DNA of 8,053 bases, filler included, from an uncultured virus (IMG/VR IMGVR_UViG_2049941000_000836) (Duplodnaviria; Heunggongvirae; Uroviricota; Caudoviricetes). It is 5 parts of one record of this genome, joined end to end, with 100 filler letters (N's around TTAATTAATTAA, not from the genome) between each part and the next. Parts side by side here need not be neighbours in the genome. Positions count along the whole stretch, not along the records: positions 7,110 to 8,053 come from IMGVR_UViG_2049941000_000836; 4 more parts are not named here. The stretch is one strand, 5' to 3'. Positions 7,110-8,053 of the stretch are shown piece after piece. The notes beneath the pieces were generated by a model. It ran no database searches and had not been told where the DNA came from. It saw only the letters and a program-made list of their open reading frames with translations. Position 1 is the stretch's first letter, and every line of letters begins with the position of its first letter. Made by a program: the position numbers and the translations under genes.

Positions 7110-7618
7110 GGACGGAAATTTGGAAAGCTATGGGTGCAATCAAATTATCGTCCTCATTGCCCACATCGTCGCTCTATTCATGAATGAGGTAAAGCCCTTT
7201 TCTTTGTTTAATGCGACGCAAATTTTGGGCATCTCGAATTGGGAAACTCAGGTAGAAAAATCCGCTGTCGTATTCATCGTCTTNNNNNNNNNNGATCGTC
7301 CTCATCGTCACTCGATAGCTGAATGAAAAAGAGGTCTTTTCTTTGCTTAATGCGACGCAAATTTTGAGCATTTCGAATTGGGAAACTCAGGTAGAAAAAT
7401 CCGCTGTCGTATTCATCGTCTTTATCGTCCTCATCGGCACTCGATGCCTGAATTAGTCCAACGTCCTTTTCTTTGTTTAATGCGACGCAATTTTTGTGCA
7501 TTCTGTCATGGGAAACCTTGCTGTCGTATTTATCGTCCTCATCGTCCTTATCGTCACGCATTGACGGAGTGTAGCGATGTTCTTTTCTTTGATTAATGTG
7601 GTGCAGATTTTGTACCAT
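7110..7618 (+). repeat. Degenerate tandem array of ~116-130 bp units with a conserved 36-bp core and internal 9-bp micro-repeats
   Basis: Core CTTTTCTTTG(A/C/T)TTAATGCGACGCAAATTTTG(A/G/T)GCAT at 7197-7232, 7336-7371 and 7466-7501, degenerate at 7582-7618, with a remnant near 7111-7123. Units also share GGGAAAC, GCTGTCGTATT and (YTYATCGTC)x3. Confidence 0.9.
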
Positions 7619-7629
7619 CAAATAAAAAT

Positions 7630-7682
7630 AGACCAAGCCCTTGTGGTGGCTTTTAGCCGTCATCATTCTTCTTGGTCTTTTT
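7630..7682 (+). terminator. Long interrupted hairpin with U-tract just after the repeat array
   Basis: AGACCAAG (7630-7637) pairs with CTTGGTCT (7671-7678). The inner GTGGTGGC/GCCGTCAT stem needs G-U pairs, which favours the + strand. A T run follows. Confidence 0.4.
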
Positions 7683-7798
7683 GTTATCAAAAATTTATCA
7701 ATTTTTCTATGCTGAACACACTTGACTTTTTGAGACGTTTAAGCGATTAATAATACCGATTGAAATGTGGTGAATGAAAACACAATATATCAAACACG

Positions 7799-7835
7799 GA
7801 GATTTTCGCAGAGTGTCCAATTCTGCGAAAATCTC
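7799..7835 (+). terminator. 14-bp perfect inverted repeat followed by a T-rich tract
   Basis: GAGATTTTCGCAGA-N9-TCTGCGAAAATCTC-TTTATTTTT. Confidence 0.65.
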
Positions 7836-7906
7836 TTTATTTTTGCCTGATTTTAGGGGTTTCTCAATAAATTTGACGATTTATTTGACGGCTAATNNNN
7901 NNNNNN

Positions 7907-8053
7907 TCCGGTCAGATCACAGAAGAAAAATTCCGGGAATGGAAATATACCGCCATGACCAAGCGCGACGAATGCACCAACGGCAAAATTTCTGTGGATG
8001 AACTCGAAGCATGGATGGAGGAGTCATTCACCAACAGAAAAAAGATAGGTTGA
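7907..8053 (+). CDS. C-terminus of a DUF6076-like protein (missed by the ORF track)
   Basis: SGQITEEKFREWKYTAMTKRDECTNGKISVDELEAWMEESFTNRKKIG-TGA. The duplicated G-x-I-T/S-x-E/D-x-F/L-x-x-W motif matches DUF6076 C-termini by recall. Confidence 0.55.
   Translation, partial: SGQITEEKFREWKYTAMTKRDECTNGKISVDELEAWMEESFTNRKKIG

Noticed and set aside
7110..7618. CRISPR array (36-bp repeat)
   Set aside because: The intervening sequences are ~80-100 bp and homologous to each other, the cores are degenerate, and no cas genes are present.
7274..7690. 138-aa acidic repeat protein on the minus strand (DDEDDKDDEYDS)
   Set aside because: The core is read in different frames in successive units (periods 130 and 116 bp) and I see no clear RBS. 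It is probably a by-product of the 9-mer repeats.

Overview
This window is a heavily gapped scaffold, most likely from a Clostridia/Bacillota metagenome assembly, and is not one contiguous locus. Four 100-nt spacers (44 N + TTAATTAATTAA + 44 N) split it into five segments, and ten 10-N gaps join contigs, some duplicated and some apparently unrelated. It contains: the N-terminal part of a group II intron RT/maturase; two paralogous membrane sensor-domain gene fragments; a membrane protein gene and a lipoprotein gene with two in-frame stops; a divergent sigma70 promoter pair with a short structured leader RNA; a hypothetical gene interrupted by integrase and DUF6809-like contigs; an integration module (3' half of tRNA-Trp as att core, inverted repeat, tandem arm-type sites, intact tyrosine integrase, excisionase); and a DUF6076-like C-terminus. 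The least explained signal is a non-coding ~116-130 bp repeat family with a conserved 36-bp core. It forms an array at 7110-7618 and recurs at 5157-5345, each time upstream of an element-end-like structure. Family names come from my recall of the sequences, not from searches.
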